Positions 29,193 through 38,171 of a stretch of 64,000 bases of DNA are shown piece by piece. How positions within the stretch are numbered: the stretch's first letter is position 1; each line of letters begins with the position of its first letter. Source of the DNA: an uncultured Actinomycetes bacterium (GTDB lineage Bacteria > Actinomycetota > UBA4738 > HRBIN12); contig OY969934.1 in NCBI GenBank assembly GCA_963704725.1, forward strand, positions 928,001 through 992,000, given 5' to 3'. Both the position numbers and the translations under genes were made by a program. The notes beneath the pieces are model-generated. The model worked only from the letters and a program-made list of their open reading frames with translations. It had not been told where the DNA came from and did not search any database.

Positions 29193-29251
29193 CACCTGAG
29201 TCCTCGCTTCGCGAGGTCTCAGGTGGGCCTACCGCTTCGCTACTTGAGGCC
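29193..29251. repeat. intra-operon double hairpin with CGCTTCGC cores
   Basis: CACCTGAG-T-CCTCGC-TTC-GCGAGG-T-CTCAGGTG (29193-29225), followed by GGCCT-accgcttcgctacttg-AGGCC. Confidence 0.6.
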
Positions 29252-29267
29252 AGGTCCTCACGGTTGG

Positions 29268-30242
29268 TCAGCCCATGGTGGCCAGCACCCGTTCCACGAT
29301 CGCGTCCGTCGAGGGGATCGCGTGGTCCTCGAGGACGTCCGTCGCCGGGAGCGGGATGTGCGGCGTGGTGATGCGCACGATCGGGCCGTCGAGGTCGAAG
29401 AACCCCTCCTCGGCCACGACCGACGCGAGCTCGGCCCCCCATCCGCACAGGCGCGGGCTCTCCTCGACCGTGACCAGGCGTCCGGTCTTGCCCACCGACC
29501 GCAGGATCGTCGTCAGGTCCAACGGCACCAGCGACCGGACGTCCACCACCTCGGCGTCGACGTCCCGGCCCTCCAGCCGGTCGGCGGCCTCCAGCGCCTT
29601 GGGCACCATGGCCCCCAGGGCCGCGATCGTGACGTCGCCGCCCGGTCGCCGCACGAGGGCGGAGCCGAGCCGGTCGACGATCTCGCCGTCGGGCACCTCG
29701 CCCTTGGACGCGTACAGCACCTTCGGCTCGACGACGATCACCGGGTCGGGGTCGCGGACCGCGGCGGCGAACAGGCCGATCATGTCGATCGGCGTGGACG
29801 GCACGACGACCTTGAGGCCGGGGATCGCCATGGCCCAGCCCTCGACGCTCTGCGAGTGCTGCGCGCCGAACCGGACCCCCCCGCCGTTCGCCGTGCGGAT
29901 CACGAGCGGGAGCGCCACCTGGCCGTTCGTCATGTAGCGGGTCTTCGCGATCTGGTTCGCGATGAGGTCCCAGCACACGGCGAAGAAGTCGCTGAACATG
30001 AGCTCGGCGATCGGGCGGAGGCCGTTCATGGCGGCACCCATGACCGCGCCGACGATGGCCTGCTCCGAGATCGGCGTGTCGCGCACCCGGCGGGGGCCGA
30101 AGCGCTCGAGGAGGCCCTCGGTGGTCTTGAAGACGCCTCCCGCCGCCGCCACGTCCTCGCCGATGAAGAAGACGGTCGGGTCGCGCTCCATCTCCTGCCC
30201 GATGGCGCGGGCCACGGCCTCGCGGAACGTCAGCTCCGCCAT
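29268..30242 (-). CDS. TPP-dependent dehydrogenase E1 component beta subunit (PDH/acetoin dehydrogenase-like)
   Basis: MAELTFREAV, GEDV, DTPISEQ, AQHSQS and DVRSLVPLD motifs. Confidence 0.95.
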   Translation of the reverse strand: MAELTFREAVARAIGQEMERDPTVFFIGEDVAAAGGVFKTTEGLLERFGPRRVRDTPISEQAIVGAVMGAAMNGLRPIAELMFSDFFAVCWDLIANQIAKTRYMTNGQVALPLVIRTANGGGVRFGAQHSQSVEGWAMAIPGLKVVVPSTPIDMIGLFAAAVRDPDPVIVVEPKVLYASKGEVPDGEIVDRLGSALVRRPGGDVTIAALGAMVPKALEAADRLEGRDVDAEVVDVRSLVPLDLTTILRSVGKTGRLVTVEESPRLCGWGAELASVVAEEGFFDLDGPIVRITTPHIPLPATDVLEDHAIPSTDAIVERVLATMG

Positions 30243-31219
30243 GCCGAACCCCCGTCCGCCCACAGCTCGGTCTCCACGATCGAGGGATCGGGGGGCGGCG
30301 CCTCGCGGGCCTCGTCGGTGGCCCGGTCGACGAGCTCCCGAGCGGCGCGGTCGATCTCGTCGAGGTCCCCACCGTCCACCCCGTCGCCCACCAGGCGCTC
30401 GCGCAGCCTGGGGATCGGGTCGCGGGCGAGCCACGCCTGGACCTCCTCGTCGGGCCGGTACTTCCCGGGATCGGCCCGCGAGTGCCCCGTGTGCCGGTAG
30501 GTCCTGGCCTCCACGAGCGACGGTCCGCCGCCCGAGCGCGCCTTCTCCACGCACCGAAGCGCCAGCGCGTGCATCGCGTCGGCATCGTTGCCGTCGGCCA
30601 GGATCGGCTCGAGGCCGTACGCCGGCGCGCGATCGGCGGCCGGGTTCTCGACCGCCGTGACCGAGCCGATCGGCGTGTACTCCATGTAGAGGTTGTTCTC
30701 GCAGACGTAGACGACCGGCAGTGCCCACACGACGGCCAGGTTCAGCGCCTCGTGGAACGCCCCGATGTTGGTCGTGCCGTCGCCGAAGAAGCACACGACG
30801 ACCTGCCCCGTCTCGCGCTCCTTCGCCGCCCACGCCGCGCCGGCGGCGATCGGCATGTGGGCCCCGACGATCGCGTACGAGCCCATGGCCCCGTGGGAGA
30901 CGTCGGTGAGGTGCATCGACCCGCCCTTGCCGCCGCAGATCCCCGTCGCCCGGCCGAGCAGCTCCCCCATGAGCGCGTCCATGGGGGCGCCGCGGAGGAG
31001 CGTGTGGACGTGGCCGCGGTACGTGCAGTACACGAGGTCGTCCGGCCGAAGCGCGGCGGCGAACCCGGCGGCGACGGCCTCCTGCCCCAGCGCGAGATGC
31101 GACGTCCCCTTGACCAGGCCCTGGAGGAAGAGGTCGTGGACACGCTGCTCGAACAGCCGCGCCTCGACCATCATGCGGTAGATCGCCAGGCGCGTGGTCG
31201 TCTCGGTCGCCGTCTGCAT
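30230..31219 (-). CDS. TPP-dependent dehydrogenase E1 component alpha subunit
   Basis: HLALGQEA, TYRGH, GKGGSMH, TPP motif GDGTTN..ENN and TYRHTGHS. Confidence 0.95.
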   Translation of the reverse strand: MQTATETTTRLAIYRMMVEARLFEQRVHDLFLQGLVKGTSHLALGQEAVAAGFAAALRPDDLVYCTYRGHVHTLLRGAPMDALMGELLGRATGICGGKGGSMHLTDVSHGAMGSYAIVGAHMPIAAGAAWAAKERETGQVVVCFFGDGTTNIGAFHEALNLAVVWALPVVYVCENNLYMEYTPIGSVTAVENPAADRAPAYGLEPILADGNDADAMHALALRCVEKARSGGGPSLVEARTYRHTGHSRADPGKYRPDEEVQAWLARDPIPRLRERLVGDGVDGGDLDEIDRAARELVDRATDEAREAPPPDPSIVETELWADGGSAWRS

Positions 31220-31227
31220 CTCCGGTC

Positions 31228-32484
31228 TCAGTACTCGTTGGCGACCATGAGCTCTTCGCATGGGAAGAGCGTGATGATCGTCGGTCCGTCGGCGGTGACC
31301 ACGACCTCCTCCTCGATCCGAGCGGCGGACCGGCCGTCGGATGCGGGACAGTAGGTCTCGAGCGCGAAGAGCATGCCCTCCTTGATCTCGATGGGGTCGT
31401 CGAAGGAGTTCAAGCGGCTGATGATCGGTCGCTCGTGCAGCCCGACGCCGACGCCGTGTCCGAATTGCAGCCCGAACGCGTCCATCTCGTCCTTGAAGCC
31501 GAACTCGGTGGCCTCGGGCCACACCGCCGCGAGCTGGTCGGTGCCGACGCCGGGCTTCACGAGGTCGATCGCCGCGTCCATCCACTCGCGCGACTGGGCG
31601 AACGCGTCGCGCTGGGCCTGCGTGGCCCGCCCGACGACGAACGTGCGGTAGTAGCAGGTCCGGTAGCCGTTGGCCACGTGGATGATGTCGAAGTACGCCT
31701 GGTCGCCGGGGCGGATCAGCCGGTCGGAGAAGACGTGGGGGTGCGGGCTGCAGCGCTCGCCGGCGATCGAGTTGATCGCTTCGACGAACTCCGAGCCCAT
31801 CTCGAACAGCCGCGCGTGCGCCAGCGCCACCACGTCGCTCTCGCGGACCCCGGGCTTGAGGAACTCGTAGATGTCCTGGTACACGCCGTCCACCATGGCG
31901 CAGGCCTGCGAGAGCAGCGTGATCTCGTCGGGGCTCTTGATCTCTCGCGCCAGCATCATCAGCTGCTGCCCGTCGCGCACCTCGATGCCGGCCCGCTGCA
32001 GCTCGAGGAAGACCGTCGTCTCGGCGACGTCCACGCCGAGCGGCGCGTCGGCCAGGCCCTCCTCCTTCAGGATCGATCGGATCTCCTCCGCGGCCCGCCG
32101 CTGGAGTCCCACGACGGGAGCGATCGCCCCCTGCAGGCCGGTGTTCCCGCCGACCGAGTTGGACTCGTCGTACCACTGGGGGAGCTGCAGGCGGTGGGCC
32201 TTCGCGGCGGAGCCGAAGTCCCAGATGCGCGGCGGACCGGTCGGCGTGATCAGCGCGTAGCGCTCGCCCTTGTTGAACGCCCAGTACCCGATGTGCGTGC
32301 TGGTCGCGTACCGGATGTTGCTCGTCTCGAACAGGAGGACGGCCCCCAGCTCCGAGGCGGCGAGCTGCTCGCGCACCCTGCCGAGCCGGTAGTCGCGGAG
32401 CCGGCCGAAGTCCACCCGGTTCTCCCAGTCCACCCCCTGGATGCCGGGGGAGGAGGTCGTCGCCACTGGGAATTCGCCCCTCAT
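31228..32484 (-). CDS. M24 (Xaa-Pro peptidase/creatinase fold) family hydrolase
   Basis: NIRYAT N-domain, REIKSPDEI, GYRTCYYRTF, GHGVGVGLHERP, ALETY and RIEEE motifs. Confidence 0.9.
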   Translation of the reverse strand: MRGEFPVATTSSPGIQGVDWENRVDFGRLRDYRLGRVREQLAASELGAVLLFETSNIRYATSTHIGYWAFNKGERYALITPTGPPRIWDFGSAAKAHRLQLPQWYDESNSVGGNTGLQGAIAPVVGLQRRAAEEIRSILKEEGLADAPLGVDVAETTVFLELQRAGIEVRDGQQLMMLAREIKSPDEITLLSQACAMVDGVYQDIYEFLKPGVRESDVVALAHARLFEMGSEFVEAINSIAGERCSPHPHVFSDRLIRPGDQAYFDIIHVANGYRTCYYRTFVVGRATQAQRDAFAQSREWMDAAIDLVKPGVGTDQLAAVWPEATEFGFKDEMDAFGLQFGHGVGVGLHERPIISRLNSFDDPIEIKEGMLFALETYCPASDGRSAARIEEEVVVTADGPTIITLFPCEELMVANEY

Positions 32485-32664
32485 CCCTGTCCCTCCGCTC
32501 CTCGTCGTTGGCCCTGCACCCTTCCGATGGGTGTTAAGGCTGGATGATACGCAAACACCGATCGCCGCCGCATCTCCGCGCTTCCAGGGACGCGGTGTTC
32601 AGTGATGCTGTCGCCGCCGAACGTCGATCCGATCCCGTCGTGCAGTCTCACTGGTCCCTCCACA

Positions 32665-35118
32665 TCAGATACCCGGGAGCTTGAAGCCCGACTTGGCCAC
32701 CACGAAGTCCCTCGACTCCGTGGCCGTCCGTCTCACCGCGGGCCAGTCCACGTGCAGCAGCTCGCCGTGACGTTTCATCACCCGACCCGCGATGAGCACG
32801 GTGTCGACGTTTCCGGTGTCCATCCCGGTCACGACCGCGGTCGCCGGGTCGTTGAGAGGGGTGACGTTGATCCGATCGGTGCGCAACATGATGAGGTCGG
32901 CCTGCTTGCCCGGCGTCAGCGTCCCCACCTTCGCGTCGAGGCCGTTCGCCCGGGCCCCTTCGATCGTGGCGCAGGCCAGGACCTCCCTCGTCGTGAGCGC
33001 CGGCTTGCCCTCGGCCGTCGCGGATGCCCGCTGCAGCGCCAGCACCGAGCGCATCTGATTGAACATGTCGCCCGGCACGTTGGTCTCGACGTCCACGCTG
33101 AGGCTGGGAAGGAGGCCTCGATCGAGGAACTTCTGGATCGGAGGCATCCCGTGTCCCATCATCATCTCCACCGGCGAGGCCAGCGAAACCGTGCCTCCCG
33201 TGTCGACGATCATCTGGATCTCGGTGTCGTTCAGCGTGGTGCAGTGGATGTAGGTGGTGTCCGGGCCGAGCAGCCCGGCCTCGCCCATCTCCTGGACCTT
33301 GCCATCCTGCCCGTAACTCCCCACGCCGACGTGGGTCGTGATCCGCGCTCCCGTCTCTCGAGCCAGCTTCCAGTGGTCCCTTGACACCTCGAAGTCCGTG
33401 AACTCGGGGCCCGGCGCGGCGAGGGCGAGCGTGAGCAGCTGGTCCGTCGTGGAGAAGTGCTCGGTGGCCGCCCGGACGAACCAGCTCGGCTGTCGCTCCT
33501 CCCACTTGCCCCACCACGGGAACCCGTAGGCGAACACCGCCCGCATGCCCGAGTCCCGGATGGCCTGGATCACCGCGTCCGTGTGGGCCGGCGAGCCCTG
33601 GATGTGCGACCAGTCGAGGAGGGTGGTGATCCCGGCGTCGATCGCGCCCAGCGCCGAGATCAGGTTGCCGATGTAGGCGTCCTCCGGTCGGAAGGCGGGT
33701 GCCAGCTTGTGCAACACGAACGAGATGTAGCTGGACCGCCCCTCCAGCGGAACGTCCGTGCCGATGTTGCGCAGGAGGCCCTCCCAGATGTGCCGATGGC
33801 TGTCGACGAAGCCCGGCATGACGATCATGCCCGTTGCGTCGATCACCTCGACCTCCCCGTTCGCCAGACCGGGGCCGACGGCGAGGATCCGGTCCCCTTC
33901 GATGAGCACGTCCCCGTTGGTGAAGTCGCCGAGCGCCGGGTCGAGCGTGAGGACCGTCCCTCCACGGACGAGCTTGCGCCCCGACGGCACCACGGTGAAG
34001 TCGGTCCCGGTCGGATACAGGACGGGGAGCTCGGCCGCCTTCGGCGGGCGGCTCCCGACCATGAGACGCCTCGCTCGCTTGTAGCTGCTCTTCACCAGTT
34101 CCTTGAGATCGCCGAGCTGGAACAGCGCGATCCCGATCAGGACGAGGATGCCGATGATCATCGGCCCGTCGTTGGGTGACAGACCGAGGTAGGGCAGGAC
34201 GGTGATGATGAGCGCGAGCAGGATCGCCGCCACCGTGCTGCCGAGGAACGTGGCCCGGCCACCCGCGAGAGACGCGCCCCCCAGGACGGCGGCGGTGATG
34301 CTGTTCAGCGCGAAGGTGGAGCCGATCTGGGGGTTGCCGATCGGGGATCGGGCCATGACGAAGAACGAGGCCACGGCCGCCAGCACCGCCGACAGAAGGA
34401 GGGCACGGACCCGGAGCCAGTTGGTGCCCACTCCGCCGCGTTTGGCCGACCTCTCGTCGAACCCCACCGCCCTCAGGCGGAGACCCGACCCGGAGGCGTG
34501 AAGCCAGACATCCGCCAGGACCGCCCCGGCGACGACGACGATGAAGGCCACGGGGATCGGCCCGATGCTCGTGGTGAGCACGGACACCAGGTCGGGGCTG
34601 ATGACCCCCTGGGCCGTCGGTCGCAGGGTGAGTGAGATCCCGTCCAGGATGCTCAACGTGGCCAAGGTGGCGATGATCGAGGGGATCTTGAGACCTCGGA
34701 TCAGGCCGGCGTTGACGAGGCCCAGGGCGGCGCCGCAGAGAAGGATCACGCCGATCCCGATCAGGATCCGGGAGATGGAGGCCTCGGCCCCGATCAGGAA
34801 GGAGGCGGTGACCACCCCGAGGCCGATCATGCCGCCGACGGAGAGATCGAGATAGCCGACGAGCAGTGCATGAGTCTGAGCGATCGCGGCGACGATCAAG
34901 GGGAGCGCCAGGATGAGGATCTGCTCCACGTTGGTGGCATTGACGAAGCCGGGGAATCGATGGTTCGTGTACCACAGCAACGTGGCGACCAGCAGGATCT
35001 GCAGCGCTACCGGCATCCACAGCCGGAACCTGACGATCTTGCGCCACTTGTTCTTGTCGCGAGCGTCGCGAAGGACCTTGCGGACGGCGCGTCGCGCTGC
35101 GTCGACGCGCTCGCTCAT
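32665..35118 (-). CDS. fusion of a sugar-type ABC transporter permease (RbsC-like) and a C-terminal metal-dependent amidohydrolase
   Basis: N-half: DLSVG, GLVNAGLI..KIPSIIATLATL, GLRLRAVG, NSITAAVLGGASLAGGR. C-half: PGFVDSHRH, TTH, YIHC, SVD, GTLTPGKQADLI. One open frame; ATG overlaps the ATPase stop. Confidence 0.87.
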   Translation of the reverse strand: MSERVDAARRAVRKVLRDARDKNKWRKIVRFRLWMPVALQILLVATLLWYTNHRFPGFVNATNVEQILILALPLIVAAIAQTHALLVGYLDLSVGGMIGLGVVTASFLIGAEASISRILIGIGVILLCGAALGLVNAGLIRGLKIPSIIATLATLSILDGISLTLRPTAQGVISPDLVSVLTTSIGPIPVAFIVVVAGAVLADVWLHASGSGLRLRAVGFDERSAKRGGVGTNWLRVRALLLSAVLAAVASFFVMARSPIGNPQIGSTFALNSITAAVLGGASLAGGRATFLGSTVAAILLALIITVLPYLGLSPNDGPMIIGILVLIGIALFQLGDLKELVKSSYKRARRLMVGSRPPKAAELPVLYPTGTDFTVVPSGRKLVRGGTVLTLDPALGDFTNGDVLIEGDRILAVGPGLANGEVEVIDATGMIVMPGFVDSHRHIWEGLLRNIGTDVPLEGRSSYISFVLHKLAPAFRPEDAYIGNLISALGAIDAGITTLLDWSHIQGSPAHTDAVIQAIRDSGMRAVFAYGFPWWGKWEERQPSWFVRAATEHFSTTDQLLTLALAAPGPEFTDFEVSRDHWKLARETGARITTHVGVGSYGQDGKVQEMGEAGLLGPDTTYIHCTTLNDTEIQMIVDTGGTVSLASPVEMMMGHGMPPIQKFLDRGLLPSLSVDVETNVPGDMFNQMRSVLALQRASATAEGKPALTTREVLACATIEGARANGLDAKVGTLTPGKQADLIMLRTDRINVTPLNDPATAVVTGMDTGNVDTVLIAGRVMKRHGELLHVDWPAVRRTATESRDFVVAKSGFKLPGI

Positions 35119-36710
35119 AGCCCTCCGTTCGGCGAGGGCGCCTTCGGCATCGCGATCCCCAGGGGCGACCGCCCCGCCTTGGACAGTCCGGGCCCTCGCA
35201 CCATCGCCTCGACGATGCGGAGCTCGTCGAGCTCGTCGCCGGGTATCTCCTCGATGATCTGGCCTCGGGACATGACGAGCACCCGATCGCACAGCCCGGA
35301 GAGCTCGAGGGGGTCGCTCGACTTGACGAGGATCGCCGAACCGTTGTCGGTGCGGGTGCGCAGGGCCTTGTAGATGTCGAAGCGGGAGCCGACGTCGACG
35401 CCCTGCGTCGGCTCGTAGGCGAGGATCACCGACGGCTCCTTGAGGAAGGTGCGGGAAACCGAGACCTTCTGCTGGTTGCCCCCGGAGAGGAACTCGACCG
35501 GTTGCTCGAGGGACGGTGTCCGGATCTCCAGCCGCTCGACGAGGTCGGCGACGGCGCGTCGCTCCGCCCGTCTCCTCAGCAGGCCGAGCACCGAGAACCG
35601 GCGTAACGATTGTATGGTGGTGTTCGCCTTGACGCCGAGCACGGGCATCAGCGCCTCGCGCTTGCGGTCGCCGGGCAGCAACATGACCCCTGCTCTCACG
35701 GCTTCATGCGTCGAGACCAGCGACAGCTCCTTGCCGTCGCAGACGACCCGTCCCGCCTTGGGCGGCTGGCGGCCCGCCAGACAGTCGAAGAGCTGGGGCT
35801 GACCGTTGCCCTCGGCGCCGGCGATCCCCACGATCTCCCCGGTCTCGAGCGTGAAGCTGACCGGCCCGAACGACTGTCCCTGGAGGCCGTCCACCACGAG
35901 CACGTCGCCGGGCTCACCCACCGCCGGGGCAGGCGGCGGAAAGGCAGCCTCGAAGGGGCGGCCGACGATGAGCTCGACGAGCTCCGGCTCGGTCGTCGCC
36001 TTCGCGTCGAACGTGCCCCGGTTCCTGCCGTCGCGAAGGACCGTGATGCGGTCGGCGATCTCGAGAACCTCCGGCAGGCGATGGCTCACGTACACCACGC
36101 CGACGCCCCGGCGCTTGCAGGCGACGACGGTCCGGTGCAGGGCCTCCACCTCGTCCGGTCCCAGGGCCGTGGTCGGTTCGTCGAGCAGCAGCACCTTCGG
36201 ATCGGTGACGAGCGCCTTGGCCACCTCGAAGAGCTGGCGGTCGGCCAGGGAGAGGAAGCCCGCCGGGGCGTCGGGGAACAGCTCGAGGTCGAGATCGAAC
36301 TCGGCCAGCAGCTTCCTCGCCCACCGCTTCCTCTGCCAGAACGGTGGTCGCAGGTCCTCCGGGGCCGCCAGGAAGAGGTTGTTCTTCACGGGCTCGGCAA
36401 GGATCAGCGACGTGTCCTGGTACGCCATCGCCAGGCCGAGCTTCCTGGCCAGGGCCGGGGAATCTCGGCGAAGGGGTTCGCCCCCGATCTGGACCGTGCC
36501 CAGATCGGGGTCGACGAACCCACTGGCGATCCCGAGGAGCGTCGACTTGCCCGACCCGTTCTCGCCGACGACGGCGTGAACCTCACCGGCACGGCAGTCG
36601 AAGCTGACATCGGTCAGCGCTCGAACCGCCCCGAACTGCCGGGAGACGCCGCGCAGCTCGAGGACCAGGCCGCCGGGGGCCGACGCTCCTGCGGGATCGC
36701 TCCCATTCAT
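35115..36710 (-). CDS. sugar ABC transporter ATP-binding protein (RbsA-like, two NBDs)
   Basis: GENGSGKST, LLDEPT, LSGGNQQK and EPTQGVDVG motifs. Confidence 0.95.
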   Translation of the reverse strand: MNGSDPAGASAPGGLVLELRGVSRQFGAVRALTDVSFDCRAGEVHAVVGENGSGKSTLLGIASGFVDPDLGTVQIGGEPLRRDSPALARKLGLAMAYQDTSLILAEPVKNNLFLAAPEDLRPPFWQRKRWARKLLAEFDLDLELFPDAPAGFLSLADRQLFEVAKALVTDPKVLLLDEPTTALGPDEVEALHRTVVACKRRGVGVVYVSHRLPEVLEIADRITVLRDGRNRGTFDAKATTEPELVELIVGRPFEAAFPPPAPAVGEPGDVLVVDGLQGQSFGPVSFTLETGEIVGIAGAEGNGQPQLFDCLAGRQPPKAGRVVCDGKELSLVSTHEAVRAGVMLLPGDRKREALMPVLGVKANTTIQSLRRFSVLGLLRRRAERRAVADLVERLEIRTPSLEQPVEFLSGGNQQKVSVSRTFLKEPSVILAYEPTQGVDVGSRFDIYKALRTRTDNGSAILVKSSDPLELSGLCDRVLVMSRGQIIEEIPGDELDELRIVEAMVRGPGLSKAGRSPLGIAMPKAPSPNGGL

Positions 36711-36720
36711 CTCCGACTCA

Positions 36721-38091
36721 TCACTGCGCGAACATCAGCTGCAGGACCGAGTCCGGCACGAGCGACGTGCCGGAAACGGCCGGGGCGACACGATCCGGGT
36801 TGCAGTCGGCGGTCGTCACCTGTCGCATCACGTGGGGAACGATGACTTCCGGCGGGATGGTGGCTCCCTTGAGCGACATCATCGCCGCCGTGACGCCGAT
36901 CCGCGACTGGAAGTTGCCGCCGGCCGAGTACCAGATGTTGTAGGTGGGCTCGTTCCGGTCCGCCCAGTCGCAGAACAGACTCTGCTCGTCGGTGCGCAAC
37001 GCGACGGTGAGGTTCTTGACCGGGATACCCAGGTCCTCGTACGTCTGCAGGCCGATGTACATCCCGTCGGCGTACTCGTACGCCCAGCCCTTGATCCCGG
37101 GGTTGGTCGTCAGCAACCCCTGATAGACGGCGGGGATCGCCGGGGGGTACCAACTGGTGTCACCGGTCGTGCTGTCCTGGTTGGCCGGTGGGTCGACCAG
37201 GTCGATCCCGCCCGCGAGGGACGAGATGGTGCACCGTTGCCAGCCGAGGGACAGGGCGTTGCCCGGGGTCCCGCCGAGGATCGCCACCTCGCCGGTGCCC
37301 ACGCCCTGGTTCAGGACGTCCGCGAAGCTCTGGCCGAGCGCGCACAGGTCCTCGCCGACCACCGACAGGTAATCCTCACCCGGAACGAGGGCTCCTTCTT
37401 GATCGGGAAGGCCGACCCACCCTGCCGAGAACGAGACGTACGGGATCCCCGCATCGTCGGCTTCCTTGATCGCGTCGGCGATGGCCACGCCCATGTCGGG
37501 ATAGCCGACGATGAAGTCGACCCCGCGCTGGATCAGGAACCGGATGTCGTTGGCGTGGACGGCGGGATCGGGGTTGAAGTCGGCCGCGGTGGAGACGATG
37601 GTGCCGATCTCCGGGTAGGTGAGCGCCTGGAGGATGGCCTCCATGTGGCTCACGGCGCGCCACACGTTCACCGTGTCCCCGCCGCCGTCGGCGTACCCCA
37701 TGACCACGTCGCCGCCGGTACCGGTGTCACACTCCTGCTTGCTCCAGCACTCCATCGCCTTGTCGATCATGGCTTGGTCGGGATCCTGGGTTGCCCGCGC
37801 GATGGACGCCAGGATGATGTTCCAGCTCGCCTCGTCCGAGGGGTCCACGGGACCCAGGGCCTTCGCGATCAACGCCGGGTCGGCGTCGGTGCTCTCCCCG
37901 TACTGCGAGAGCGCCCCCGTGGCACCGGTGGCTCCGCCCTCGGTGGTTCCCGTGGCGGTCCCGGTGGTTCCCGTCGTGGTCCCGGTCGTCCCGGTCGTGG
38001 TCGTCTCGCCGCCGTCACCGCCGCATGCCACCCCGATCAGCGCCAGCACGGCGACGAGGGCGACTGGGGCGACGATCTTGATCCGCTGCAT
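36721..38091 (-). CDS. ABC transporter substrate-binding lipoprotein
   Basis: Lipobox VAC after a hydrophobic leader, Thr/Gly linker, GVDFIVGYPD periplasmic-binding-protein-like motif, GGAGGAGG RBS, position inside the ABC operon. Confidence 0.85.
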   Translation of the reverse strand: MQRIKIVAPVALVAVLALIGVACGGDGGETTTTGTTGTTTGTTGTATGTTEGGATGATGALSQYGESTDADPALIAKALGPVDPSDEASWNIILASIARATQDPDQAMIDKAMECWSKQECDTGTGGDVVMGYADGGGDTVNVWRAVSHMEAILQALTYPEIGTIVSTAADFNPDPAVHANDIRFLIQRGVDFIVGYPDMGVAIADAIKEADDAGIPYVSFSAGWVGLPDQEGALVPGEDYLSVVGEDLCALGQSFADVLNQGVGTGEVAILGGTPGNALSLGWQRCTISSLAGGIDLVDPPANQDSTTGDTSWYPPAIPAVYQGLLTTNPGIKGWAYEYADGMYIGLQTYEDLGIPVKNLTVALRTDEQSLFCDWADRNEPTYNIWYSAGGNFQSRIGVTAAMMSLKGATIPPEVIVPHVMRQVTTADCNPDRVAPAVSGTSLVPDSVLQLMFAQ

Positions 38092-38171
38092 GTTCCTCCT
38101 CCCTGTCCTCGTCCCTCATGTCCCGGATCGACGGATCCGTCACATAGGCGCCTCCTCCTTCACCCTGTCCG

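Noticed and set aside
26899-30585. 1228-aa ORF as a giant cupin fusion
   Set aside because: Only the last ~303 aa are cupin. The rest is an off-frame read of the amidohydrolase and E1 genes.
37915-38010. Short tandem repeats (ccggtcgt/ccggtggt units)
   Set aside because: They encode the Thr/Gly linker of the lipoprotein. There is no repeat-spacer structure, so this is not CRISPR.
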